A DNA stretch of 64,000 bases from Trichoplax sp. H2. Its lineage: Eukaryota. Positions 39,372 to 54,165 of this stretch are shown here, one piece after another; the first letter of the stretch is position 1; each line of letters begins with the position of its first letter. The notes under the pieces are model-generated. The model was not told where the DNA came from, did not search any database, and saw only the letters and a program-made list of their open reading frames with translations. The DNA lies in NCBI GenBank assembly GCA_003344405.1, contig NOWV01000013.1, positions 930,001 through 994,000 on the forward strand. The letters run 5' to 3'. Both the position numbers and the translations under genes were made by a program.

Positions 39372-42300
39372 TGCGATTTGATTCAAGTGGGTTGTAAGTA
39401 ATTCTGCGATATGATACAGTTACTACCTCCAATTACTGTACGTATAGTTAACATAATCATGATACTGATGGATTTAAAATAAGAATCTTATGACCCTCTT
39501 GGAAGAAGACTAACAGCAATTGTAATATTATCTATATCTTTTATGACTTATTTGATTGGCAGTCAATTCAGATAGGTAGATATATGATACCTGATAAAGC
39601 TGCAGCTGTCTTGGGTGATATTAATATCAGTGTCCTTTACGACTGAATTTCAAGCATCACCGAAATAGCAAAGTTTAATACTTTTATACTTTCAAAATAT
39701 ATATCATTACTTATCAACAACGCATTTAGAGCTAGCCTAATAAAAATCAAAGGTAATGCAACATCATCGAATTATCTAAGTTAATGCCATAAGTAATGTT
39801 AAAAGTGTCAAAATTCCGGGACTAATTTGATTATATGCAAAAGGAGATATACGGTACAGTGATATTACCGGAATATCTAGGTTTAGACTTAATTCTACCT
39901 TCATAAATATATTCATTTCATGAATTATGCGTTTTGTGACTAATGCGACTAGTTTTAGACTCTAATTACATATTGATGTTAACCAGTATCTTCATAAACG
40001 GATTTGCCTATGATGGATGATTGATGAAGTGATATCCGAGATTATTTATTGCCCCAATTTAGTGTTAACCTTAAGTCTTAATAGTGAAATCCATTCACTA
40101 TCATTTTAACTCTACTAGTTAGTGTAAGAGTTCACAATTATGCTTATGTAAACCAGGAAGATACAATTTGAGTTATCTCTGTAATTTCCGCTAGATATTT
40201 TGATTAGTTGATCTGCCCAAAAAGTCGTAAAACTAAAGCCACCATAACTATCGTATGGAGCGATTATTACATAGTAGTGTCTTATGTTCTGAACTGCTTG
40301 TTGCATATTTAGCTTAAATATTACCTTTTTGCAACTTAAACTGAAAGTAACTAACTTTACCATCTATAGACCAGCTAAATACATGTATAATTAAAGCGTA
40401 TGTTGCTTAAGTTACACTACACAAAATTTGGTATCGGAAATTGCCATCTAACTCACAATGATATTGATAAGTGATTCTGAAATGTAGTGACAGGATATGC
40501 TAATTTCAAAGCACTTCCTCCATAATAATTCCAATTTCAATTATAGAATACCCTATTAACTTCTAAACGTTTGATAAAATTTCCTATTAGAGGACAGCAA
40601 TGATATATATATATATACATATATACAAATATAGCATTGAAACTCAGAAATTATTATGCGCCTTGCTAACTAGATACGGTAATTTATGTATCTACAGGCC
40701 AGTGTTACTAATATGATGGATGAGTATTACATAGACATATATATAGATTATGCTACCAAAGTATTTACAGCTACGTTGTCTAAGATCAGCTTTCTTCGCT
40801 GGTTACTTAGCTAATATATACAAATTTGTATTTACGAGTGCTTAATGTTTGCTTTCATGATTGATAAAATCAAATTTTAGCAGAAGGCAACTTAAATAGA
40901 TTACGCAAAGTATACTTTGCTAATACGTAAGATTTCCGATTAATTTCATCTTCTCAAAGAAAAAACTTCATTGCTTAAAAAACTATCATGTGATCAACGC
41001 TACAGATTTATTGCAATCTTATTATGGTTATTTCGAGATATCAAGCAATTAATCTATTTTCATTTCGTTAATCCTGTTATAAATGATATTGTGATTATTA
41101 ACTATAGTAACAGAATTAAATTATGTCTTGGTATGTCAGAATCTAGTGTTATGTTGGAATGTCTTTTAAGCTCAGAGTGTAATATCTATGTTATCATGGT
41201 CTATAATTATTAAAGTGGTAATACTTTTAGTATAAGATATGTTACAAATTATAACATCAGTAAATTTATTTAGAATTAACAATGCTCAAAAATGTTCTAG
41301 ATATATGGATAAAGGCTACATAATCACTAGAATAAAAGAAACACTTGTTAAAAATCGATGTAATACATCAACGGGCGTAGATTTTGTATAAATGCAACAA
41401 GAGTATTGTACCAATGTATAAAATCTATCTCGGGCTTATTAGTGAACCTTGTGAGATTCTTACATCATATTACACGACACATTTGATTCTGCTTACAATA
41501 AGGTGTCGATTTCGTATCAATAAAGTACGAATATATTACTGAAATACCTACCATAATTAATTGTTTGAATATGTATACGTGTAAGACCACAAAAAAGTTT
41601 CATTTCGAGCTTATTAACGAACTTTGTGAGGTTCTTATACTATACTTTTGATGCTAATAAAGTGTAATATATTCAAATAAGGATGGGTTGTCGTTCGCAT
41701 GCAGTTAACGATTCCATCTTTATATGATTAAATGGTGACGGTGGTGTATTATTTAGTAAGGTATTAGTCAGTAAATGTAGAATTGCAACGATTACACGGT
41801 AGTCTATACCTACCAATATTACATCGTAAATTTCTAAGTACAATTAAGCAGCCTAATGTGATTGGATCCTATCAAACATGAGATTGTGTGAATATGTTGT
41901 TGTCAAACTGAGAAAATATCTAAGGAATAGCGCGCCTAATCCGAATAAAAGGCTAACGTATTTACTAATAAGCTCGAATGAAGACGCAGAGATGATTGAA
42001 CTGCTAAACTTTGCCGTATATTATGCAGTTGTCAAATCGATTCAATTTCATTATACTAGGTCAACAAGAAGAGACTAGCAATATCCATACTTTTTGATGA
42101 TAATAAGGAGAAAAGCATCCTCAAGATTTAATAGCTTCTTATAATTGTAAATTATGATCACCTTCTGGTTGAAAGCAACCGTTTATGCAAAGTCGTCGCT
42201 TTGCGCCTGTATAGACCAGATTACAAATACATTCATAAATATTACTTAGGATATTGTTGATGATATTATTGGACCCTCATTTTCATGGGTATAAATTTCT

Positions 42301-44989
42301 AATAACGCTATAGATTTAAGTTCTTTATAGAATTCTCTGTGAGTACAAATGTTCAAATTTGATTCAATAATCATCACAAATTATTGTTAACCAAAGCAAT
42401 ACTTAAATTTTGGATTATCAACAACTCTATACCTATGTGATTTATGGGCAAGTTTAAATGCTTGTACGTAATGACTTTTTACAATAATATCAGTTTCGAA
42501 TTTACCGACATTAAAATTGATGGATCTCTAATATCCCATTTTAAAATTAAGTTAATGAGTTCATTTGAGCTCAACATATTTCGCTATTATTGTCTAAAAT
42601 GTAAGTATACCTATGAGCAAACTTAACATTTAATTTGTTACGGCAGTTGAATATTGATTTCGTAGATATCGATTAACGAATATGAATTATTGATACATAA
42701 ACCCTTCTTTTCGTTATGGAATTGCAATGGATCATAATTATTTCATCAAGTCGCTAATGTAAAAATTTTTATAAGTCTTTGAATTTTACCGTCATCGTCT
42801 TCATCTTAATTTAAGTATACTTATTAATGAACTTTGGATGTTATCAGTGATCTTATTTTATAATAATTTAGCTAGTAAAGGCTAATAAATATAGGTTGAG
42901 TGATACGTCAAAGAACTTGTGTTGTAGTGGTATTTGTAAAACTTTCGAATCTATCTATTACAATTGTTTTTAATTCAGCTGGCATTACCATTTTCGACAC
43001 TATAATATTTCTACATTTATCTAACGGGATGCTGATGAATGTAATTTATACGTATGATATATAAAAGTTTCTATAATATTATCATATATAATTAAATTAT
43101 AATCATCTTGATATAATTTCGATTTATATGATATTGTATGTTGAATACATTTAGAATAAGCACATATGGTATTTTCATTTTGTAAAGACAATGAGATATT
43201 ACTGTTACTTACTTTTATGAAGTAATAAAGACTATGCACCGGTCTTAATTACCGGATAGGCTTTATTCAAGTTGACTGTATAAAAATAAGAATTTCAATG
43301 ATATTTATAATAAGAATGCTACTATGTATACTCATATTATTTTGGAATATAAAACAACGCCTTTTAAAAGAATACAGGTTCATAAAAATAAGACTACTAT
43401 TTAGCGACAGCAATTGATATTTTAATCATGAACAATAATATCAACTACCACAGAGATTAAGCCAATGAGCGCTAAATTAAAGTTTGCTTCCTGAGTTTCA
43501 TATATTAGCTGTGATTGATTGTGAGGCAATTTACTTATCGCTTAATAATTTATATCATCAGTACTAAAACGATATTGAAATTATTAAATTACATTTCTTG
43601 AGGTTAAATTTGATTTTCTCTGATCATTGCCAAGAGTAGAATCTTATTAACAAGTAAAGGTAAATATGCCAATTAAATCAAGTAATCAATATTATGTAAC
43701 GATATCTATTGCTCCATCTTCAGTTGTTCAAATTGTTGAACTAACAAAATCAGTCTACCCTTCTTAAATACTCTATCATTTTTATACCTGTAAATTATAA
43801 TTGTATTTGCAATGGGGTATTTGATCATTTAAGAGTGTATCAATCCAGTACGTTGATAGGATCCGTAATAGCTGTCTGTAAGATTCTACATCTCGTAGAT
43901 ACAGATTTAGAGAAAATGTTGCCAGGGCATTGATTATTTCAAAGTCTATTGAACTATTTCGTAGAAAATAATAAAATAACTTGTCTATTTCTCAAAGTAA
44001 GGTTCTAGCCAGCTGTTACCAATGTGCTAGTTAATAATGGATTTTACCTGTTATTTTTGACATTATCAAGACAATATTAGGCCTTTCAGTGTAGTGGTAT
44101 GAATAGAATGAAATCACTGAGGAGGCAATTAATAAATAATTGTAATTGATAGGAAACAGGCGTACAATGCAGCAATTAGCTTTAATGTCTCAATAATTCA
44201 TAACACCTAGGCCATGTTAATCTAACCTTTAAATCCATATCTATAACAATTTTAATGTAGTGCTCCAAACCGTTAGGCTACCGATATCGGCCAAGATGCG
44301 ACCTAAAATATTTTAATTCTAAATGATGAAGAAGTACCGCACCAAAGTTTTATCATCGCTTCTCATAATTTTTTGTCCCGTCATATAAATAAATATCCGC
44401 TATCTTTACCTTCAACAATACGCCAATTGTAACACCATTTTTAGTCACCTATTCGCAGTTATGACATATTGGTAATCAAAAGAAGGTAAAACTACGAGTA
44501 TAGTTAAACAGTCTAAATCAAAATATCCAGGGCTTATGTAGATTCTAAGGTGTAAGCATCATGTTATTTTTGTAATGGCAAAATACCTGTATATTGAATA
44601 TAAAATTATTCTAGAAATTAATATTAAGAAAGCGAAAGTATCGAAGCTTTCTTTTGCCTTTACGTACAATATGCAAACCAGTAGTAATTTTATGCTTTGT
44701 TTTATTTCAATCTCAATTTTAGTTGCCAAGGCTGTTTATATGAATGATAATATTAGAAGAGTTAAACTAATGTATTGACGTCAAGCTATCTGGGCAGAAA
44801 ATACAATATTGATGTTCAATGCAATGATTATAACTACTCTCAGTTATTGACTTGTTAATGCATCATAGTTTATTTTTAAACAGCTCTACCATAGGAAAAT
44901 TTCGTGTCTTTGATACGGTATCTATGCGTAGCTTACAGCCGATATCTCGGAGTATACAGGTAACTAAAGCTGTTGAGAGTTTGCAAATG

Positions 44990-45425
44990 CTGTCCTATAG
45001 CGAAATCTATCTAGTCCTACCAGATAGAAATGAAATCAATCTGTTAGTCCAAGTGCCAGGGAACATTTTAAACTTTCATACGTAATCGTGGCGCATAACC
45101 TGGTATATTTAGTCGTACTAGATAGGAACGAGATCAACTCCTTCTAGCCCAAGAACTATAGGATATTTTTAACTTTCATAGGTGATCGTAACGCGTACGC
45201 TTCTATATTTAATCTTACAAGATAGGAACGAAATCAATTCTCGCTAGTCTAGATACTAGGGTAAATTTTAACTAAACTTTCGTACGTGATCGTAACGCAT
45301 ATTCTGCTATATTTAGTCCTATCAGACAGAAATGAATCAATTCCTGCTAGTTAAAGTACTACAGGATATTTTAATTAAACTTTCACAGGTGATCGTTTCG
45401 CATACCCTACCATATTTTAAGTTTC
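44990..45425. repeat. Tandem array, unit about 100 bp, about 4.5 copies
   Basis: TAGTCCTAC.AGATAGGAACGAAATCAA...AAACTTTCATA.GTGATCGTAACGCATA recurs at about 45012, 45110, 45210 and 45314. Confidence 0.85.
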
Positions 45426-47026
45426 TACCCTATTCTGGATTAATTTCACTAAGGTAGTGCAAGTGAAATTTCTAACACTGAAATTAAGCCAAATAATTAT
45501 GAATAAAAATTTTTTTCGATATTATACCATCCATATAGAAATCATGGTAAGAACTGAATTTAAGTTACTACAGCTATAAACTAGCGTTTCGAAAGATATC
45601 AATATATTCGGGAAATGTCATAATACAAGAACAGGGTTGTAGCAACGCTAAAATTAGCCGTCTATGAGGATAGTACCAGTGGTATGTAGGTGGAAAATAT
45701 CATAGCTTTCGCATTATTTGAAAATAATTATCATGATATAAGCTTTATTGACAGTTTCTAGTTTCTGGTATGAAGTATTGTAAACCTTTCACCAAATATC
45801 GAAAGAGTAGTTATATACCTGGGGCGTAACATGCGTTTATAAGCCTTTGCTGCGCAATCAATTGCAGTAAAATACTGCCCTAGATGCATCCTGAAATATG
45901 CAGCTGGAAAGAATAGATCGAGAAATTTATTATTTGAAAGCATATAGTTAGTAGAAGAGTTAAGAGGGAATTTTCTTAACTTCATTTATTTAATTTGGTA
46001 TTAGGATATTATCTTATAATACCGTTATATTGTTAGCGATTTCTGCTTTTTAAAATGATATAAAAGCATAATGTATGACTATTAGGTCAGGAAGATGGCA
46101 ATCATCCTTCTCGCAAAGTGAACCCTTTAACTCATGCTTCGCACTCTTACACTATGATTACTCACCATATCGTTCAATGCTTATAACTAACTAGTACAAT
46201 AACTAATTTGTTTTCATAGGCCATCACAGACAAAGAAGTAAACGCTGCTGTGATGGAATACAATCGCAATTAGCATATAATTGCCTCAGGGTAACCCAAT
46301 GATGACAATGGCTTCTCGGTCAAAATTTGAAGAATCAGTTAGAATAAAAGTTTTGTCTACAAGCGAAACAATTATTATTACATGTTGTCGTCGCTTTCTC
46401 CTTTAATTAGTAAAGGAAATTTTCTATATTAGAATAACGTACGTAAATCCTCAAGAATCACTACAATAGATCGTTAATTAGCGGCCCTGCCTAGCAAGAT
46501 GGTATAAGATCAAGCTACTCGAATGAGGAATCAATTTTCCTAGTATCAAATTGCTGTATCTACTCGTAAAATTGGCCTAGAAAAAAGAGGAAACGATTAC
46601 TTTCGTTGTAACGACGAATATTAATTACTGTATAGAGTGTAGCGGCACTCCATCTTGGTCATTATTACGAATTTATTCCACTAGAAGTAGTTTAAATCGT
46701 TACTTTCCTACTCCTGGTCGTACGAACATTCTGATGTAGTACAGTAATGAACGATCGATTGAACTAAATACTGAATTATAAATACGCCTTTAAACATCTC
46801 GTAAGGTCTTTTTTCATAACATCTTCTCCAGTATTGTTTCTTCTTATATTAATTATTAATATCCGCTTTACTACGTTGAATTTACTGTATTGGTTCTGCA
46901 TAGAAAATGGCACATTTATGCCAACGTATTTGTTCGTAGAGAGTAGTCTATTAATTATTACTGGAGGATATGTTAGGTAACGTAAAGCCTTTGCTAAATA
47001 TCTAAAATTATGATTGTCTATAGGAT

Positions 47027-50000
47027 ATGACAGAATCTGACGAGAAGAAAATGAATCGAAAAGGTTACTTAGAATTATCGGATAGCCACACGCTGAATGG
47101 AAAGGATCATCGGCAAGGGAATGGCAGTTATCAGCTTGGTGATGATGAAGCAGAGCCAATTCCAGTCCCCTCGATTGGTATTAAAGCCAATTTAGACGAT
47201 GATGAAAGGGAAGATATAGAGGAAGAAGTAAGGGAATAGTCTCCTCTATCGCTAGTTTATTCGTTCAGATATGACTCTATACTGTCTAGACCGTTTCAAG
47301 GAGTAAAATAACTGGCAATAACGGTGTTTTATCGCGTTCTTGTAGCAATTCTAACTTGAAATTATTTGATTTCCATTTTATTTTCCTCCTTTACTTTAAA
47401 CTTACCTGCTGTTTGATCCAATTCATCAACCAATCTAATGGTGACAGTATAATGATAAACAAGCTTTAATCCCGGTAAGACTAAGTAAGAATAAATGGCG
47501 GATAATTATAGTCGAAATGGACAGTCGCTATTCCTCTTACCTTATCTAGCTCTAGTTCTAGTTCTACGCTTGTGACTAATATTTAAGTCATTCCTAACTA
47601 ATTTAATACTTACTAATCGCTACTACCGAAATATTAATTAATTTTGGCTGTTTGCACCAAAACTAAATAATAATACAGCAGCCAACGATTTTCAATTAAC
47701 TTATGAATAGAGTGATAGAAAGATTTGGATATTTTCCTTGTTTCAGTCGGGACTAACTATTCTCATGTCTCTCCATCAATATAATTTAATAATGTGGCAG
47801 CATTCTACGGACGATGATGATTGTAAGGATGAAGAAACTGGTAGCATGGCGAGTAGTATATTTAATATCCTCAATACTATAATTGGTGCTGGGATTATCG
47901 GTAAGTAATGTCAATCGGATTAGCTTGGAGACATTAAATAAGGTGCATTCGTCTTTGATTTTTAAACTGATTGCAAATATTATCGTACAGAATGATTACT
48001 ATTGAAACAGAGCAAGGCTTTGACGGACAGATTACTGATGTTACGAAACTAATTTTAGGGATACCTTATTCCTTTCGACTCGCTGGTTTAGGGTTAGGGA
48101 TTATCATCTTAACTTTGGTAGCCATAATAAGCGGTAAGGAATTCTTTAGTTGGTAAAATGTAGAAAAATACGTCGGGGATGATCACCCATTTTAGGAGAT
48201 CAATAGTAAATGAGAAAATCTTGGTTTGACTAGTCATTGAAAATTAGAAAAGCCGCAAAATAATAGTATAGATTGTTTTAAAAAAATAATTCATCAAAAT
48301 AGTTTATTCGTATTAAAACCTTTCATAAATGGCTAAATCATGCAGGTTACTCGTGTTCAAGACAGGTTTAGAAATATTTAAATACTGCGTTTCATGTACT
48401 AGCAATTCAAGGAGTTGATGAAAATTGAACCAAAGTTCGCCATTTAGTTCACAAACATACGTGTATAAGTATCAAAAAAGTTCCTTGATGCAACCCTTCT
48501 AAATTACAAAAAAATCAGGCAGATTACCATTGTCATAAACGAACTTATGGACATTTAAATAGTATTTCAGCGTGCTATCAATGGAAGAAGTTGGTGAAAA
48601 TTGAGTGTAATCTACTATAAGTCGCGTCGGATATTAAAATAGTTCTTCTTGAAGAATGAAGCCCTTTTAAGTTGTAGAAATTATACAGATTACCATTGTC
48701 ACAGATAGATTTATGGCCATTTAAATACTGTTTTCGCTTACTATTAATGAAAGGAGTTGGTGAAAATTGCAATAAATCGTTTCAAATAAAAATTGAATGA
48801 AATTTACTGTAGAGTTCACAAAGAGGTCACGGCAGATATTAAAATGATTCTTCTTGAAGAATGATCTCCTTATAAGTTGCAAAAATTATATGGATTACCA
48901 TTATCATAGACAGATTTATAGAGCTTAAATATAAGGTTAGCTGAATATCGAAAATGTTTCATTCAAAGATTGAGATTTTTATAGATTGCAAAATCGAGGC
49001 GGTTACTAGTATCAAAGATGGCTTGCAGGCATTTAAACATTATTCTAAATGTGTTTGAGTACTCTATCAGTGAAAAGAAAGAATTAAAATCCAATCTAAA
49101 TCAATAGTTTTAGATGAAAATAGAGAATGGTAGAATTGACTATCGAGTTGACAAATTGAGTGGTAGTTAATATCTAAAAAATTTCTCTCAGAGTCTAGTA
49201 GAAAATCTTAAGGTTATTTATGAATTATCATTGCCATCATAATACTTATTAAACCAAGAATATTTTTGTTGTAGATGTGCAATCAGCTGGATTGGAATTG
49301 AATAGGATTCATTATGTTGATCTTAGTCATGTTCTAAACTCATTAAAGCGACCATTTTATCAGGAAGCATTTTTATTTCATTAATGAATTGCAGTTATTT
49401 CATCAGAAACTAATTAATGTCGATCGATAATACAATCCATTTCAACTACCGACTCATTCTAAATTAGTTTGCCAAATGAATATTAATGATATTCTAAGCT
49501 ATGGAAACAAGTTTACTTTTATTAGGCGTAGATAAATAATATTCTTAGCAGTGGAAGCGGCCAATTTATCTAAAGCCGTATTAAAACCCAAGGGCATTTG
49601 AAGCAATTGTAGCCCATTTATTGCATTAATTTTCAATAAGAAACTATCGTCATTGATATAGAAATGATTTCACTACTTGATAGTTAAATAAAATAGAAGT
49701 ATATACCTCAAATGTTTAATTGAAGTCAATTTCTTTAACGGTAGATTATGGCCTCATCATGCTAATCAAAGCCGGAACGATAACCGATGAGAATTCCTAT
49801 CGTGTAAGTTACAAGTTTTGCTCACCGAGTCCTCATAAAATATTCATTATGGAGAGTCGAATTGTTATCGCTAGCTTTCAATGTTGTTGTTGTTCAACTC
49901 TTATGATGGAATATTGTTAGCTAGCAATAGTGCAAATAGAGCAAAGGCAAATACAACTTTTTCATTCGATATTCAATAACAGGGGGTAATGACCGCCGCA

Positions 50001-53000
50001 TTTGGAAAGCCAGGCCATGTTATAGCACTTTTGACACAATTTTTGTATCCGTTTATTGGTATATAATACAATCATCATATTCTTTTCCTGCTACCAATAT
50101 TATCAATTACGTTGTACTAAAACTATTTTTCTAGAGAGAATAGTTGTAAAATAAATGCTCTATTATTGATGTAGAATCAAAACTCCATGATAATTACGAG
50201 TTAATTTTCTTTCTATCTCTCATTTTCAATCACTAGCTTTAATGGGCTATTGCGTGGTCGTTGGCGATATTTTTACCAAAGTATTTCGACTTTTCGGTAA
50301 TTAAAGTATTTTATTTAATCAATTTTAGCGTACTTTTTATTGGTTATTTAACTACCGGTACCTTATATATATGCGCTACTATGTACTGCTCGGTACATGA
50401 TTCATTTTATTAAGTCGTAATGTCATAAAGATTGTTATTGACTGGTTCATTAACGATTTACTTTAGAATATTAAATATCGTAGACTAGAGTTTAAATCCT
50501 ATTTTTGAGTTCTATTCCATAGGATCAATTTATAAACATCGTGTCATGTGGATCAGAAGTGTTTACTCATTTACGATTCGTTATTTAGAGTATTTCGTAT
50601 TATTGACTAGAGTTTGAATCCTATTTTTGAATTCTATTTCGACGTTATCAACTTATCAACATTATGTCCTATGGATTATTATTAATGCTTATTTCATTTA
50701 CGATTCGCTATTCAGAGTATTTCATATGGTTGGCTAGTATTTGAATCCATTTCGACTACTACAGTATTTCGATATTATCATTTATTAAGACTATGCTGTA
50801 ACGATTATTAGCGTTCCCTTCATTCGCGGTTCGTTATTTAGAATATTTTATATCGTTGGCTAGAGTTTAAATCCATTTTAATTCCCTTTTTCCATAAAAT
50901 CAACTTATTAAGATTAGGTCATAAGGATCATTAGTGTCTACTCCATCTGTGGTTCGCTATTTAGAGTATTTCATATCATTGGCTAGAGTTGAAATTTATT
51001 CCGAGTTCTATTTCGATATAAACAACTTATCAAGACGATATCATAAGGATTACTAACGTATTTTATATTGTTGACAAGGTTTAATTTCATTTTTGAATCC
51101 TGTTTCCATAGGATCAATTTTTTACGAATATATTATAAGGATCATTAGCTTCTACTTTTACTATAATCTAGAGCATTCCATATCGTTAATTAGAGACTAA
51201 ACAAATTAGGCAAATTGCTTATTTTTTTATACTTTAGATGTTGCCCTATGATTAAAATCTTTTTCACTAGCTAGTTAAGAGATGGAAATATCATGTAGGA
51301 TAGGTCTTGATTACTCTTTCGATGTATCACATCGTAAAATTGCCATTTGATGTAGTAAAATATCAGATTAAACATTCTTGTAACGTAGCACCGTACTAGC
51401 TTGATTCTATTTATCACTATCGCCAAGTCAATGACATTTTAAAGTAGATGATAGAATTCCAAATTCTTTCTGTAGATTCTCCATCCAAAGCAGTTGATGC
51501 AAATATCCAATTTAACGTGCGTCATTTGCCCAACCTATATGGAAATAGCAAGATGCTAATCAATACTTTACAGAGTTATCAGCCTCATTCATAATTAGTA
51601 AGGCAATAAGTAATACCAGTCTAAATTTTATGTTGTATTTTTAAGGATGACTTATAAACAATTTCAAGTATTACAACACTTCCAGTACCCATTTTAAACA
51701 TTAGAATTGAATCATTATGCCACGATCAAATTGCCTTAATATATAATACTTCAGATATCGTCATAAATTTTGACTTTGAATAATCATTGCACGATGATAG
51801 AATCTTACTATAACTTAAGTATGGTTCATTTGCTATTTATTAGGAGATGATGGAAATTTACTAACAAATCGGCAGTTTGTTATTTCTGCTGCAATATTAC
51901 TCATTATGGGGCCATTATGCTACATGAAAAAAATATCTAAACTTGGATGGGTAAAATTAGTTAATAATAGAGTGAAGCTATACTTCAGTTTGTGATTTTG
52001 CGCTAGGTTTCGGTGAAGAATGAATTTTATTTTATTGACTATATTTATTTTTAGACGTCCTGCTTATCCTTTATTTGTGTTGTAATATTGGTTATTGTGG
52101 CTGTCATACGAGTAGCAACGTTGGAAACATACATGTAGGAGAAACCATTTTTCTAAAGATGCTCCAATATAGATAAGAGATTCGATTTGAATTTTCATTT
52201 TATATTATCGTTCTATGTGTTTATAGGTATCTTGAAAGTCAATCCATACAGTTTGCTGCGCCAAAAGTACCCCAGGTAGGAGACTAATGGAATATGTAAT
52301 CGTTTTAAAGCGGAATATCATTTCTGGAGAATCAAATCGAGCGAAATAATGATTAGAATCCGTTCACTGATGATGTGGTAACATATTGATATTGTATATT
52401 TTAGGCCTTAGCCATCATGCAATTTAGTAAGACAGCAGGATCAATTATGTTAACTATCATTTGAAGTTATATCAAAAATTTGAATACGTGGAACTCTTTA
52501 AAACATGGGGCAATGCAACTTCGTCCTCAATTTTCTCGATTTTAATCCTACAGCATTCGTTTGCCACTACAATATTTTCATTGTGTATCGCTTCATGAAA
52601 AAAAAAAGTGAAGAGAGAATTTCTAGGGCATGTCATACCGCTGTTGGAATTTCTTACCTGCTCTGCTTAGTCTTGGGCATCGCAGGCTATTTAACGTTTT
52701 TAGATGCAACTCAAGGTAATAAAGTGAACTAGTATCATGACCATCTTAATACCTATACTCTGTTCAACTATAATAGTTTCTGTAGCGATCATGTGCTACA
52801 GTGTTTTCTTGCGCTTTCACTCTTTAACGTAGTTTTAGTAGCACGGCTAAGCAGGATTTGTAAAACTAGATTGTTTTGCAAGTATGAACAAATTGTAACT
52901 ACGATTCATTTTTTAGAATTAGCAGCATAGATTCGCTCAATTTTTTCATCTCAGTAGCGATATTTTTGTTATAGATCAATAGCCGATTAAAAGTCGGATG

Positions 53001-54165
53001 AATCTGACATTTTGATCCGCATCTTTAACTAAAATTGGATGCCTAGTGTAACTTTAGCTTCCCATCCAATTAACTATACAGTAATAATGGTAGCTAAATA
53101 TACTAAATAGAATCCATACTGCAAGATAAGATGTTGCACATTGATTTTTAATGGCTACAAACATGTCAAAATGTATATTACATGAAATTTTCTTATAATT
53201 TCATAAGTATAGTATGATTATAGCGAAGCATTATGACTGTTATAACTGCTCAGTTATAGGAACTAGCGATATTATCGACAATAAATCCTTTCTAATCATA
53301 TCTATTTCCTACTAGCCGATATTCTGCAAAACTACTGCGTTCATGATGTGCTCGTTAATGTGGCTCGAATTTGCTATGGAATTTCTGTGATGACTATTTA
53401 TCCTCTCGATTGTTTCGCTTGTCGAGAAGTATGTTGAAATTGAAGACATCTCCGTAACAAAGCTTGCTAGCAATTTGTCCTAATCTTTATTTCTGTCCTT
53501 ACTACTTAATTTAGACTGCTGATCAAGCTTTATTCCCAGACAGACCAAAGTCTACTCTACGTCGGGTAGTAATCACAACCTGCGTCATTTTGGGAAGTTT
53601 ACCTGTACCACTCATTACCAGTTGCTTAGGGACAGTTTTGGAATTGAATGTAATTCTTTCAATATCCTAATCATATACATTAGTATTAACTTTGAACTTA
53701 TAATTTTTGCAATATAAAATCGATTAATCTCAAAATAGGACTTGTCGTGAGTTTGATAGTATTACCCAAAATAACATTACTAAATTCCGTTTATTTACCT
53801 CATGTTTGTTATTATTGTATAACTTAGGGAAGTCTAACAGCAGCTCCAATAGGTAAAAGGAATGAATGGATGATTTGAAAGAATGTTGTTTAAAATTGTG
53901 GTTAAATTGTTCTTGTGCTTTATATTTAGGTTTCATTTTTCCAGCCGCTTGCTATCTCAAAATAGCGAAAGGTTCTCTGATATCGCCATCAAAGTTAGCT
54001 GCTGGATTTATTGTAGTCTTAGGAACCTTTGCATCTTTCTTGGGTACAATTTACGCCATTATTGGAGCTAAAGGATGTGGCCATCATGTATTAAATCCAT
54101 GGTGCAATGAAACTATGTTTTCTAATGACAGCTATATCACGATACTGAATAATACATTAAAGTAA
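47027..54165 (+). CDS. SLC38A11: SLC38A11-like amino-acid transporter, paralogue B, 16 coding exons
   Basis: Exon structure is collinear with paralogue A: 47027-47227, 47448-47474, 47801-47900 (SSIFNILNTIIGAGIIG), 48059-48133 (IPYSFRLAG), ..., 52227-52275, 52405-52426, FVCHYN..., GYLTF..ATQ.DILQNYC, M..YPLDCFACRE, CLGTVLELNG, last exon FIFPAACYLK...CGHHVLNPWCNET...LK*. Confidence 0.94.
48400..49260. repeat. Degenerate tandem array, unit about 170-200 bp, intronic
   Basis: GATTACCATTGTCATA.AC..ATTTATGG.CATTTAAATA and GGAGTTG.TGAAAATTG recur (48523, 48689, 48894). Confidence 0.7.
50445..51200. repeat. Degenerate tandem array, unit about 123 bp, about 6 copies, intronic
   Basis: GATTCG.TATTTAGAGTATTTCATAT..TTGGCTAGAGTTT.AATCC recurs at about 50485, 50607, 50734, 50860 and 50983. 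Confidence 0.85.

Noticed and set aside
39400-46900. Short ORFs between paralogues A and B that might be a fourth SLC38 copy
   Set aside because: None of the SLC38A11 motifs were found. The ORFs look like random AT-rich translations.
48088-48099. TTAGGGTTAGGG telomeric dimer
   Set aside because: It lies within a coding exon (Leu-Gly-Leu-Gly), so it is coincidental.
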